A DNA stretch of 64,000 nucleotides from a virus (lineage: Duplodnaviria; Caudoviricetes): the IMG/VR virus record IMGVR_UViG_3300021255_000109, positions 32,001-96,000 of that record, one strand, 5' to 3'. Positions 1-10,587 of this stretch are shown here, one piece after another (within the stretch, counting starts at the first letter, position 1; every line of letters begins with the position of its first letter). The position numbers were made by a program, and so were the translations under genes. The notes under the pieces are model-generated. The model saw only the letters and a list, made by a program, of their open reading frames with translations. It did no database searches and was not told the DNA's origin.

Positions 1-741
1 ACACATACCGTTTTGTATATTAGTAATCTTGTAAATACCACCTTGTTTTTTACCAACAACACGACCAATTAAATCATTTACAGGGTTCTCATAATAAATC
101 TTATATATGACTTTATTTAATGTATCTTTATCCCTTAAATAAGGTATAATTTCTTTTAATTTTGCGATTTCTTTTAAATCAGAATCTGAGATCTATATAC
201 GATAGAAATCTATCTTATCAGCTTCTTCAGCAGCACGTTTATTGGCTTCAATTGCCGCACGTTGTTTACTTTTTAAATCATCAATAGAATCAAGTAAAGA
301 TTGTGCGGTTGCCCCATATTTTTGGGCTTCACTAACCATATCAGCCATTACTTGCTTATAATTTTCTGCATATTCCTCTTGCGCTATGCGATATTTCTCT
401 GCTTCTTTTTCTAAGGCAGTTTCTAATGAAGCAGTTGTCGCTGCCATTGTTTTATCAAAATAGTCTTTTGAATAAGATTCAGCATACTCTTGCATATTGC
501 GATTATATTTTTCAAGCGCATCAGCTTCACTTTGTGCTTTTATTTTTCGATCTAGCTCAATCTGACAAGATTTTTCATATTCACTATACTATTTACGAAT
601 TTTATTTAATTTCTATTCTTCTTCTGTAATTAGAATTTGTAATGTTTCAGATTGCGTTTTAAAACCTTTGGCTTTATAACCAAAATAAATAGCAAAACAA
701 ATAACTATAATGATAAAAACTGTTAAAATAAACGGACTCAT
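1..741 (-). CDS. Membrane-anchored coiled-coil protein with C-terminal GIY-YIG-like domain (runs off window; TAG read-through)
   Basis: ATG at 741, N-terminal hydrophobic helix; frame open through in-frame TAGs at 613, 589, 193 to ...GGIYKITNIQNG. Confidence 0.7.
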
Positions 742-813
742 ATTTAAGAATAGGGGTAATCATATCATGATTACCCCATCTCCATTAGTTTTATATCAAC
801 TTATCGGCTTTAA

Positions 814-1083
814 TTAAGCCTCTTCCTCAGCATCTGGGTCATAAGCCATTCCAGCTGGAGTCAGAGAAAGGAACTTAACTGCCTTATGTGTTCCATCTTC
901 AAGCTCGATCTCTGCAGGTGTACGTACGCCAAGACTCTTGCGTTGAATAGCGGATGTAAAGATACCATCAACCTGTCTCTTCTCAAGGCCAAGTGCCTCT
1001 GCAACGTCAGCAGCAGTAACCTGCTCACCGTTAATACCCTTTAAATAATTAAGAACCTTCTTAGAATTTTCCTTCATAGCCAT
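814..1083 (-). CDS. Small winged-HTH DNA-binding protein
   Basis: VTAADVAEALGLEKRQVDG HTH; AAGGAG RBS. Confidence 0.7.
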   Translation of the reverse strand: MAMKENSKKVLNYLKGINGEQVTAADVAEALGLEKRQVDGIFTSAIQRKSLGVRTPAEIELEDGTHKAVKFLSLTPAGMAYDPDAEEEA

Positions 1084-1159
1084 AACTATAAATCTCCTTT
1101 AATAAAAATATTTTTGTTTTTCTTTTGTATAAGTATTATATCAAAATTTTTTGAAAAAA

Positions 1160-1351
1160 TCAAGAGCTTTGTAAAATTTTTTGCACCTCTTCATCTATAA
1201 ACATCATTTCATACATATTGGTGCATAGCTCGCAGAGTTCATTAATCTTACCTTGAGCTTTATATTTTTCATCTTTATCATCTGAATTTTGTAAAATCAA
1301 TTCATATTGTGCTATTTTTTTAGCAACTTTCCTACACTCTCGTTTTGTCAT
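1160..1351 (-). CDS. Hypothetical protein
   Basis: ORF with RBS behind a TTGACA/TATAAT promoter. Confidence 0.55.
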   Translation of the reverse strand: MTKRECRKVAKKIAQYELILQNSDDKDEKYKAQGKINELCELCTNMYEMMFIDEEVQKILQSS

Positions 1352-1396
1352 AAATTTTTGTTCCTTATATTTTACATATATATTATATAAAATTTT

Positions 1397-3424
1397 TTAA
1401 AGTTTGTCAACACATAGTTGCTCAAAGTCATCTTCACTGATTATCACAACACCAAGCTTTTTGGCTGACACACACTTTGAAGATGTTGAATTTGAATCAT
1501 TACAAATTAAATAATTAGTGTTCTTAGACACAGCTGATGTTACTTTACCACCTAATGATTCAATACGTGCTTGCAAAGCCGCACGATTTTTAAAATGATT
1601 AACAGTACCAGTGATTACAAAAGTTAAATTCTGTAATGGGTTTGTAGTTTCTTCTTGTGCGGTTTTCTCAATAATATGAAGGTATTTTGTAGCTAAAATG
1701 TCAGCTTCTGTATAATCAAATCTTAAAATTGCTGCTCTTTTTTCTATACCAAAATCTGGTAATTTAGAAAAATCAAATTTATTATTTACAGCATCTCTAA
1801 ACTCTTGATAAGATTTAAACTGCTTTACTAAATTTTTAGAAACTGTTTTTCCAATTAAAGGAATCCCAAGAGCGCATATAAAATTCTCTAAAGTAACATT
1901 TTTGCTTGTTTCTATTGCGCTTAGTATTTTTTCTACAGACTTATCACCAAAACCATCTTTTTTCTTCCATTCTGTAGCGAAATCTTTTAAATTATAAACA
2001 TCTTCAATATTATTTATCCAGCCCCATTCAATTAATTTTTCAAATGTGGCCTTTGAAACACCTTTAGCATTTAAGCCTTTAATCCCAAAGAAATGGTCCA
2101 ATCTATTAATAAGTTTCCCTTCACAAGCAGGATTTTCGCATATACAAATTTTAACTCCATCATTTTCTTTAATAGAAATGTCCCCACCGCACACTGGACA
2201 CCGCTCAATAACATCATTGGCAGATACTCCGCCATTAGCAATTACATATCCATAGTCGTAATGCGGTCCAGCTTCCGCAATTTGCGGAATAATTTGATTT
2301 GCTTTGTAAACTTTCAAAGGTTCTCCAACATATGCGCAATCACCTAAAAGCTCTCTCATAACACTTACATTATGTAAAGATGCTCGTTCAATTGTGGAAC
2401 CATCTACGTCTATTGGATCAAATACTGCCACAGGAGTTAAAACTCCAGTTCTTCCCATAGTCCACGTGATATATCTCAATCTCGTATCATACAGTTCATC
2501 AAAGAACTTAAATGCAATAGCATTATTAAAATGATGTGCAGTATAACCAAGAGATTCGCGCAAATCAAGATCATTAAACTTAAATACTACTCCATCTATT
2601 GGATAACCAAGTTCTTTAGAATCATTTTTTATATGCTCAATAGCATCTTCAATAGAGACAGGTGATTTGGGATAACTCCAAATCATTGCAGGAGTATTAA
2701 ATCCCCAGTCTTCTACTTTCCCCAATTGACGCATTAAAGTATGAGGATGTTCAATGAAATGCGGCAATTCAATAAATTCTATAACATCCCATGCTACAAA
2801 AGTTAAAAATCTATTGCGGCTTTCATATGAATCAAGAAGCCTAATACTACCTGCGGCAAAATTACGAGGATTTTTAAATTCATCTTTCCAATGTTCAAAC
2901 TCATCATAAGTGCAGATAATTTCTCCATCAATTACAACTCGTTTATCATAAGGAATATGATTTGGTATGGTAATATTAGCTAGTGCATTATGAAGTATAT
3001 CTTCTCCTTCTTCGCCATTACCTCTGGTTTCCGCACGAACTAACTCGCCATTTTCATAAGTAAGAGAGCAAGTTAAACCGTCCATTTTGCCCATTGCTAC
3101 CCACTCTTGATCGCCAAGAAAAGATTTAACGACTTCTATATCTTTAGTTTTATCCAAAGATAGCATAAGATGCTCATGCTTAATTTTATCAAGTTTATCT
3201 TTAACTTCAAATTGTATAGATTGAGTGGGAGAATTAGGAAGAATAGTTCCAGTTTCTCTTTCTAACTGTAAAAGTCGATAATATTTACTATCCCATTTAC
3301 GATCAGAAATTACTGGTTTACCTAAATCATACCAATAGGTAGCTTCATTTAAATAAAGAATGAGATCTTTCATTTCTTCTATTGGATCTAAATATCCTTC
3401 TTTTATAATATTATCAATGTGCAT
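1397..3424 (-). CDS. ligA: NAD-dependent DNA ligase
   Basis: MLSLDK, KMDG, TRGNG..GED, NPRN.AAG, Zn finger, C-terminal BRCT. Confidence 0.97.
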   Translation of the reverse strand: MHIDNIIKEGYLDPIEEMKDLILYLNEATYWYDLGKPVISDRKWDSKYYRLLQLERETGTILPNSPTQSIQFEVKDKLDKIKHEHLMLSLDKTKDIEVVKSFLGDQEWVAMGKMDGLTCSLTYENGELVRAETRGNGEEGEDILHNALANITIPNHIPYDKRVVIDGEIICTYDEFEHWKDEFKNPRNFAAGSIRLLDSYESRNRFLTFVAWDVIEFIELPHFIEHPHTLMRQLGKVEDWGFNTPAMIWSYPKSPVSIEDAIEHIKNDSKELGYPIDGVVFKFNDLDLRESLGYTAHHFNNAIAFKFFDELYDTRLRYITWTMGRTGVLTPVAVFDPIDVDGSTIERASLHNVSVMRELLGDCAYVGEPLKVYKANQIIPQIAEAGPHYDYGYVIANGGVSANDVIERCPVCGGDISIKENDGVKICICENPACEGKLINRLDHFFGIKGLNAKGVSKATFEKLIEWGWINNIEDVYNLKDFATEWKKKDGFGDKSVEKILSAIETSKNVTLENFICALGIPLIGKTVSKNLVKQFKSYQEFRDAVNNKFDFSKLPDFGIEKRAAILRFDYTEADILATKYLHIIEKTAQEETTNPLQNLTFVITGTVNHFKNRAALQARIESLGGKVTSAVSKNTNYLICNDSNSTSSKCVSAKKLGVVIISEDDFEQLCVDKL

Positions 3425-3495
3425 TTTTTCACTCCTTTATCTCTTACCTATAATTATTATAACATAATTTTTATATAAAATAAAGTAAGAGAGCT

Positions 3496-3711
3496 TTAAA
3501 GCTCTCTTCCAATATTATGTAACTCAATATATTTATTTATTAACAACTATAATGTAAATCCATTATAATTCTCCGCATCTAATATCGCAGCCATACGAAC
3601 AATTTTCCATGCACTAGTTGGGTTAAAATTAGGTACATATGCATCAAGGATTTTTATAATTTCATTCAAACTATTACAATATGCAATAGGTACTGTTAAT
3701 TCTGTATTCAT
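3496..3711 (-). CDS. Hypothetical protein (one in-frame TAG)
   Basis: ATG overlaps the gyrA stop; open to TAA at 3496 if TAG is read through. Confidence 0.4.
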
Positions 3712-6080
3712 GCCTTTGTTGCAGAAATAATTCTGTTTCCTTTCATCATTATATTACCTTGAGTTGCCCTTCCTAAAAGAGGAATGTCAGCAGCAGAAAT
3801 ACAAATTGAATTTGTATCACCGCAAAGTAAAACTGAATCAGTATCTTCTACCATTATTGCACAAGTTATATAACTACTTCCTTTATAACATTGTACACCG
3901 CGTCCGCCTCTGCCTTGTACAATTGTGTCTTTTGGACCTATTTTCTTACCATATCCATCAGCAGTAAACAATGCTAAAGAATCATTCATCTCTCTGATTG
4001 GTAATGCTGCCACAACATAATCGCCTTCTGTAAGATTAATACCTTTTACTCCAATAGTCATACGAGAAGAAGCAGAAATATCAGATGATTTAATTCGTAA
4101 TACATAACCTTTATGTGTTACAATCATAAGTTGTGCATCTGCATCAATCAACGTTACTGCGGCCAATGAATCACCTTCGCGCAAACTAATTGCGCCAATA
4201 CCAGTTTTCTTTTTTGTATTAATATATTCATTAAGATTTGTTTTCTTAACTATACCATTTTTAGTTACAAATAATACAAAATTGTCAGCTGTATCTCTGT
4301 ATATAGAATAAATAATTGCAGGCTCTTCACCAATTTCCATAGCTATTAAAGCCCTAATAGAGGTTCCTTTTCCGGCATTAGTGCTTTCAGGAATATCATT
4401 TACCAAGAGTCTATACATACGGCCTTGATTAGTAAATACCATTAATTGATCTATTGTATTTGTTCTAATTACCGCAGAAGTAATATCCTCTTGAGATTTG
4501 ATACCTTTTCCATTTCTCTTCTGCGTGCGGAAAGAGGTTGTTGGAATTCTCTTGATAGTACCTCCTTCTGTCATTACAACTACACACTTCTCAGGCTCGA
4601 CAAATTCAATTTCTTTTTCTTCTTTTGTAATTGCAACTTGAGTAATTTTTGTGCGACGTTCATCACCATATTTATTTTTTAATTCATTAAATAAACGAAT
4701 CATCTCAGGGTCAGGATTCGCAATAATTGATTTTAAATGCTCAGATTCTTTAATTTTGTCAGCTTGTTCATTTTCGATTTCAACTCTTTCAAGGTTAGCT
4801 AATTTACTTAACTTCATATCAAGAATTGCTTTTGCCTGGACTTCTGCAAAATTATATTTTTGCATTAATGCAATTTTTGCGCTTGCTGCACTATCTGAAG
4901 ACTTAATTAATTTAATAATGTTGTCAATATTTTCTAATGCTTTTAAAAGCCCATCAAGAATAAATATTCTTGCTTCAACCTTTTTTAAATCATATTCAGT
5001 GCCACGAATTAATACATCTCTTTGATGTGCAAGATATATATCAATTAACTGCTTTAAATTTAATAATTTTGGAGTTTTCCCATGCAATGCAACTTGATTA
5101 AAACTATAAGTCGTTTCAAGAGATGTTAATTTAAACAGTTTCGCAATAATTGGCTCAACTGCAACGCCTCTTTCAAGCTCGATGACAAATCTAACCCCCA
5201 ATGAATTGGATTCGTCCCTAATAGCTGAGATGCCGCTGAGTTCGCCACTTTCACACTTCTGGTCAATATCAACGATAAGATTTTCTTTTGATACCTTGTA
5301 TGGAATTGATGTAAATACAATCGAATCTCTACCAGCTTTAGTTTCAATTTCATATTCTCCTCTAATTCGTGCGCGACCCTTACCCGTGAGATACGCAGTC
5401 GCTAATTCATCTTTATTAATTACTAATCCGCCCGTCGGAAAATCTGGGCCTTTTACAAACTGTAATAATTCTTTACATTCACATTTTGGATTCTGTACTG
5501 TATAAATAATTGCATCCATCATTTCATTTAAATTATGAGGTGCAAAACTACATGCCATTGCTACTGCAATTCCAGAAGTGCCATTAATCAACAAATTAGG
5601 AACAAGGCCAGGAAGATATACTGGCTCTTGCTCTTCATCTGTGTAAGCATTTATCCAATCAACTGTATCTTTTTTAATGTTTGCAAGAGTTTCCTCTGCT
5701 AATTTTGATAATTTACATTCACTATAACGATAAGCGGCAGGTTCATCACCATCGCGGCTACCATTATTTCCATGAAAATCTATCAATGGATATCTCATAT
5801 TCCAAGGTTGAGATAACCACACTAAAGCGCCATAGATTGAGCTATCACCGTGCGGATGGAATCTACCCATTGTATCTCCCACTGGCTGCGCGCACTTAAC
5901 AAACTTCTTATTATTGAAGTAACCTTTATCATACATATCGTATAATATTCTTCGTGCTACCGGCTTTAATCCGTCTTCTGCGCTTGGAATTGCTCTATCT
6001 GTAATTACGCTAACGCTATAATCAAGAAAACTCTGTTCAACTTCATTTACTATTGGTGTTAATATAATATTTTCACTCAT
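3708..6080 (-). CDS. gyrA: Type II topoisomerase subunit A (GyrA/ParC)
   Basis: DGLKPVARR, FHPHGDSSIY, AAYRYSE, GPDFPTGG, beta-pinwheel CTD with QKRNGKG box. Confidence 0.95.
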   Translation of the reverse strand: MSENIILTPIVNEVEQSFLDYSVSVITDRAIPSAEDGLKPVARRILYDMYDKGYFNNKKFVKCAQPVGDTMGRFHPHGDSSIYGALVWLSQPWNMRYPLIDFHGNNGSRDGDEPAAYRYSECKLSKLAEETLANIKKDTVDWINAYTDEEQEPVYLPGLVPNLLINGTSGIAVAMACSFAPHNLNEMMDAIIYTVQNPKCECKELLQFVKGPDFPTGGLVINKDELATAYLTGKGRARIRGEYEIETKAGRDSIVFTSIPYKVSKENLIVDIDQKCESGELSGISAIRDESNSLGVRFVIELERGVAVEPIIAKLFKLTSLETTYSFNQVALHGKTPKLLNLKQLIDIYLAHQRDVLIRGTEYDLKKVEARIFILDGLLKALENIDNIIKLIKSSDSAASAKIALMQKYNFAEVQAKAILDMKLSKLANLERVEIENEQADKIKESEHLKSIIANPDPEMIRLFNELKNKYGDERRTKITQVAITKEEKEIEFVEPEKCVVVMTEGGTIKRIPTTSFRTQKRNGKGIKSQEDITSAVIRTNTIDQLMVFTNQGRMYRLLVNDIPESTNAGKGTSIRALIAMEIGEEPAIIYSIYRDTADNFVLFVTKNGIVKKTNLNEYINTKKKTGIGAISLREGDSLAAVTLIDADAQLMIVTHKGYVLRIKSSDISASSRMTIGVKGINLTEGDYVVAALPIREMNDSLALFTADGYGKKIGPKDTIVQGRGGRGVQCYKGSSYITCAIMVEDTDSVLLCGDTNSICISAADIPLLGRATQGNIMMKGNRIISATKA

Positions 6081-6531
6081 AAATTCTCCAAAAAGGTATT
6101 TTATTTCCTGCTAATTTGTCTGCTAAAATATTACCTATATTGTCACTATGCCCTGTAACTTTTCTTAATTCAATACGATGACCTTGATTCCATAAATCAT
6201 AATATTCTTTGATAATATCAAGGTTTTCGGCCTTAGCTCCATTAGATTTAATCCAATCGTTTTCTGCCCATCTCCACATCCAATCCCTATAGGTATTAAT
6301 AGCATAAGCGCTATCACTATATACTATTGGAACTCCTTCTTCTGCTGATGGTATTCCATACTTTTTTAATGTATATAGGATAGCTTTTAATTCTTCGCGA
6401 TTGTTTGTTGTATTTTCACTTGACTCTCTATATAAATTATATACAAAATTTTCACTATTGTCAAGTACAACCACCCCAAAGCCTCCAGGACCGGGATTGG
6501 GGCTAGAGCTACCATCACAATAAATTTTCAT
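6073..6531 (-). CDS. rnhA: Ribonuclease HI
   Basis: YCDGS.SPNPGPGG, TTNNREEL, SDSAY, GHS..GN.LAD. Confidence 0.93.
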   Translation of the reverse strand: MKIYCDGSSSPNPGPGGFGVVVLDNSENFVYNLYRESSENTTNNREELKAILYTLKKYGIPSAEEGVPIVYSDSAYAINTYRDWMWRWAENDWIKSNGAKAENLDIIKEYYDLWNQGHRIELRKVTGHSDNIGNILADKLAGNKIPFWRIYE

Positions 6532-6902
6532 TTTAAATCGTCTCCATCAATACGATCTAATTCATTTTTAAGAACTTTAATATACTCTTCTCTGCCGATA
6601 CATCGTTCTATAGCATTAAACATTTCTGTCGTAAATTGTTTAGAATTATAAGCAATTAAAGACGCAGCGTCCGGAACAGTTACCACACTTACTTCATCTG
6701 GCATTACTTCAGTTAAACATCTATGCATGTCTGCGGCTTGCTCAATATTAATTTCGTTAAAATTAAGATAAGCTACTACAATATCTCCAGGCTGTGGATG
6801 GAGAATACTTATATTTGAGTAATCTTCTTTTATTTTTGTAGCTTCTATATTTTTAGTTCTCTCAAAAGCCTCTTTTAATTCATTATAACTAAGATTAGAC
6901 AT
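6528..6902 (-). CDS. Hypothetical protein
   Basis: ORF overlapping both neighbours in the operon. Confidence 0.6.
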   Translation of the reverse strand: MSNLSYNELKEAFERTKNIEATKIKEDYSNISILHPQPGDIVVAYLNFNEINIEQAADMHRCLTEVMPDEVSVVTVPDAASLIAYNSKQFTTEMFNAIERCIGREEYIKVLKNELDRIDGDDLK

Positions 6903-8826
6903 CTATATTGGCCCTCCAAGCATTTTCTTCAATAAACTTCTTACGTGGAGTTACACTTTCTCCCATAAGTTCAGTAAAAATTCGTGCCACGTCTGCAACA
7001 TCATCCATAGTAATACGCTTTAAAATTCTAGTTCCTGGGTTCATTACGGTTTCAGCCATTTCATCAGGATCCATTTCGCCTAATCCTTTCATTCGTCCTA
7101 ATTCGAAACTTCTTGACATAGTTTTTCGAAAAGCGGCTAATTCAGCGTCGTCTTTGAGATACTTAAATTTAGTTCCATAGGTTGCTTTATAAAGCGGCGG
7201 TACTGCTGCATAGATGTATCCTTTTTCAATAAGTTCTGGAGCGAATCTCCAAATGAATGTAAGGAAGAGGATACGGATGTGACTTCCATCGACGTCTGCA
7301 TCAGCTGTAATAATAATTTTTCCATAGCGCAATTTGCTTTCATCCACGATGATCTTTCCATCTTTAACCTCCAAACCAAAAGCATCAATCATTGCACTGA
7401 TTTCTGCATTTTGCATTGCTTTATGTAAATCTGTTTTTAATACGTTAAGAATTTTTCCTCTAACTGGCAAGACCGCTTGAGTGCCACGATCGCGAGCTTC
7501 TTTAGTTGAGCCTGCAGCAGATTTACCCTCAACAATAAATACTTCACATTTACTACGGTCTTTTGAACTAGCATCAGCGAGCGTACCAGGTAAAACCGCA
7601 CGTTTCTTAGTATCCTGTTTGCGAACTGTCTCCTTAGCTTTTTTCGCTTTTTCTCTTGCCGCACGCGCTAATAGGGCCTTATCAATGATTGTTTTCGCAT
7701 CCTTAGGATGAGTATCAAACCATTCTTTTAATGAATTAGAAGTTAATCGTTGAACCGCTGTTCTCGCTTCACTACTGGAAAGTATATCTTTAGTTTGTCC
7801 AGAAAATACAGGATCTGGCATAATAAAACTTAAAACTAAAGTTAATCCTTCTTTCAATTCATCACCAGTGATATTCGCATCTTTTTCTTTTAAAAGTTTA
7901 TTTTCACGAGCATATGCATTAATCTGTTGAGTTAATGCTGTTCTAAAACCAGTTAAATGTGTACCACTAGAATTAGGAATAGAATTAGTATATAACTTAT
8001 AAGTATCTGTATAAGAATCATTATAAGTCATAGCTAATTTAACACCAATTTTATTTTCAAGATTCTCAGCATAAAATACAGAAGTTAAAACATTCTTATT
8101 CTTATTTAAATCTTCGATATAATCAAGAATACCATTCTGAGAAGCGATATCTTCAGATGGTTTATCTTTATATTTTAAATGAAAAACTAAACCAGGAGAT
8201 AAATAAGCTAGTTCCTGCAAAATTTTCTTTAAACTAGCATAATCAACTTCAATACCCTCTTTGAAAATCTCTTCGTCAGGCATAAATTGAATCCTTGTTC
8301 CATGTTGATAATCATTTGTTGCTGGCCAGTCTCTAGTAATAACTTCACCAGAAAGCTGACCTTTTTGAAAACAAGCGATACAATTTTTACCATTTCTTAC
8401 AGAAGAAACATTAAAATAATATGAAAGAGCATTAGTAGCTTTTGCGCCAACGCCATTCATACCACCTGAAGTATTATATCCAGTTTTTCCATCGCTATCA
8501 AATTTTGCACCAGTATGTAATTTAGTAAAAATATTAACTAAAGTCTCACTTCCATCTTCTGCTGGTCCAAATGGAATTCCACGACCATTATCAATAATGT
8601 CGAAATCATTATCTTCACCAACAATAATTGAACAACTTGTGCAATAACCATTTAAATATTCATCAACAGCGTTAGAGATAATCTCTAAAACAATTTGTCG
8701 AACACCTTCTGGTCCAGTTGATCCGATGTACATACCTGGGCGCAATCTAATAGCTTCAATACCTTCAAGAGTCTTAATGTCTTTTACGCCATAATTCTCT
8801 ATAATCTCATTTATTTTTGTTGCCAT
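6895..8826 (-). CDS. gyrB: Type II topoisomerase subunit B (GyrB/ParE)
   Basis: IRLRPGMYIG, DNGRGIP, LHTGAKF, VEGKSA, ADADVDGSHI, KGLGEM. Confidence 0.95.
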   Translation of the reverse strand: MATKINEIIENYGVKDIKTLEGIEAIRLRPGMYIGSTGPEGVRQIVLEIISNAVDEYLNGYCTSCSIIVGEDNDFDIIDNGRGIPFGPAEDGSETLVNIFTKLHTGAKFDSDGKTGYNTSGGMNGVGAKATNALSYYFNVSSVRNGKNCIACFQKGQLSGEVITRDWPATNDYQHGTRIQFMPDEEIFKEGIEVDYASLKKILQELAYLSPGLVFHLKYKDKPSEDIASQNGILDYIEDLNKNKNVLTSVFYAENLENKIGVKLAMTYNDSYTDTYKLYTNSIPNSSGTHLTGFRTALTQQINAYARENKLLKEKDANITGDELKEGLTLVLSFIMPDPVFSGQTKDILSSSEARTAVQRLTSNSLKEWFDTHPKDAKTIIDKALLARAAREKAKKAKETVRKQDTKKRAVLPGTLADASSKDRSKCEVFIVEGKSAAGSTKEARDRGTQAVLPVRGKILNVLKTDLHKAMQNAEISAMIDAFGLEVKDGKIIVDESKLRYGKIIITADADVDGSHIRILFLTFIWRFAPELIEKGYIYAAVPPLYKATYGTKFKYLKDDAELAAFRKTMSRSFELGRMKGLGEMDPDEMAETVMNPGTRILKRITMDDVADVARIFTELMGESVTPRKKFIEENAWRANIDV

Positions 8827-8993
8827 TCAATATACCCCATCTTTTTTAAAATTTTACACACTATTTCAAATTCAATTTGATCTTGGCGTGTTTTATAATA
8901 AATCCAACCATCTTCTGTGCCTATATGCCAATAACATAACCAATATAAAAGATGATTTTCGTTTGAAGGAGGTTTCTTTTTCCAAATCCACAT
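8811..8993 (-). CDS. Hypothetical protein
   Basis: Short ORF behind promoter, overlaps the gyrB start. Confidence 0.45.
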   Translation of the reverse strand: MWIWKKKPPSNENHLLYWLCYWHIGTEDGWIYYKTRQDQIEFEIVCKILKKMGYIEWQQK

Positions 8994-9111
8994 TCTTTGT
9001 TTTTACCTCAAATTTTTTTCTTACATGTATATTGTAACATATTTTTTTATTTTTGTCAACTTTCTAGCTAACAAGAAAAAGCCCAGAGATTAAAAATCTC
9101 TGGGCTTATTA

Positions 9112-9492
9112 TTAACCGCTAGGTTGTTGTTCGTCGCAAGTAGTATTATTTAGCTATTGTTCTTTCATTTTTAAAGCTAAATCAAATTTCTGCTGTTCTT
9201 GGTTTAGCGTTTGTTCAAGCTCTGTTATCACAGATTCATATTTGATACCATCTTTAGTATTCTCTTTCATTGCTTTTCTATAATAAAAAGCTTGACTGAC
9301 TGCATACGCAGTCCAAGGCAAGCCTACCATAGCTGTAAGCCATGGTAATTCACCAATATAAGAATTTTTAACGCATATAAAAGCTAATACAATAAATGAA
9401 ATAGTAATAATCCATATTAATGCTGACTCTTGACGTAATAAAGCTTTAGAAAATTCTTGTTTATTAGTTTTTGAAGAGTTTTCTTTCTTCAT
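9112..9492 (-). CDS. Putative holin (2 TM helices; TAG at 9154 read through to TAA)
   Basis: Two hydrophobic helices; last gene of the lysis cassette, followed by a hairpin terminator at ~9081-9105. Confidence 0.65.
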
Positions 9493-9495
9493 GAA

Positions 9496-10587
9496 TTACA
9501 CCTTCTTTACATATTTTAATGAGATATAACCAATACCAGATTTTAATTCGCCCCAATTATTATTCTTTTCGCCAATAATTGTATACTGTTCACCTTTATG
9601 AATAATTGCAACAACAGGGCTATTAGTCGTTGGCTCTTTTCTTACATTAAGCGCATATGCGGTAACTTCAACTGCATATGGGAATTTATTTTGAGGTTGA
9701 GTGCCTTCTTTTGCAATTCGTCCTTCTTTTTTACCATAAACAACCCAATGTTGTAAAAGCGCCATAACATTATCTCCAAAAGCAGCTTTTAAATCAGCAT
9801 ACTTATTTGCATAAAAGACTGGATCAAATTCATTTGTATAATCTTTGCCGCCATAAATATATGAAGGCGCTTTAGCTGTACGTTTTTCGTTTTTACCATA
9901 TTTTACCCAATGATATAATAGCATTGCAGCATCATTACCAAAAGCAGCTTTTAAATCCGGATATTTATTAGCATAATACTCTGGATCAAATTCATCATCA
10001 TATGGTACGCCTTCAAATACATATCTATAATTGTTTAAATTACTTGCCTCTGGGCCGTCATCTAAAACTACAACTGTATGACCAGAAGAACGAGTAACTA
10101 AAATATCACCTTTCAGCACTTTATTAGGGCTATCAGTCATATCATGCTTTGCAATCAATTCAAATTTACCACTTGCAGGTAAAATTACTGGCATATTAGA
10201 AGTATAAAAATCTCCAAGCATAATACCTGCATATGCGCAGCATAGTCTTACAAGAGCAGAACAATCTACATTTACATCTGCTGTAATAGTAGCTGGATCG
10301 TAATTTTCATTATTGTGCCATTTACACCAATCTTGTGCGGTCCAGCGATTGCTCTAACTATATCCAATATGCTTATTATTACATGCAGCCTCCATTGCAT
10401 ATGCAATTTTTTGGCGTGCTTTAGGGTCTTTAGCACGTAAAATATACCATCCTTTTGGATGCATATACCAAGGCTCCATAGATACTTCACCGCTCATATC
10501 AGGAACTGAAGTTTGTCTTTGATCGCCCTCTAATCCATTTACAAGTTTTCTATTTTCATCACTTCTTGCAGAACCGACTCTTACCAT
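9496..10587 (-). CDS. Endolysin: NlpC/P60-like cysteine amidase/peptidase, two ~50-aa repeats, C-terminal SH3b (in-frame TAG at 10354)
   Basis: Fused frame HIGYS*SNR...DCSALV...GHT; repeats FDPEYYANKYPDLKAAFG; ALNVRKEP...WGELKSG. Confidence 0.85.
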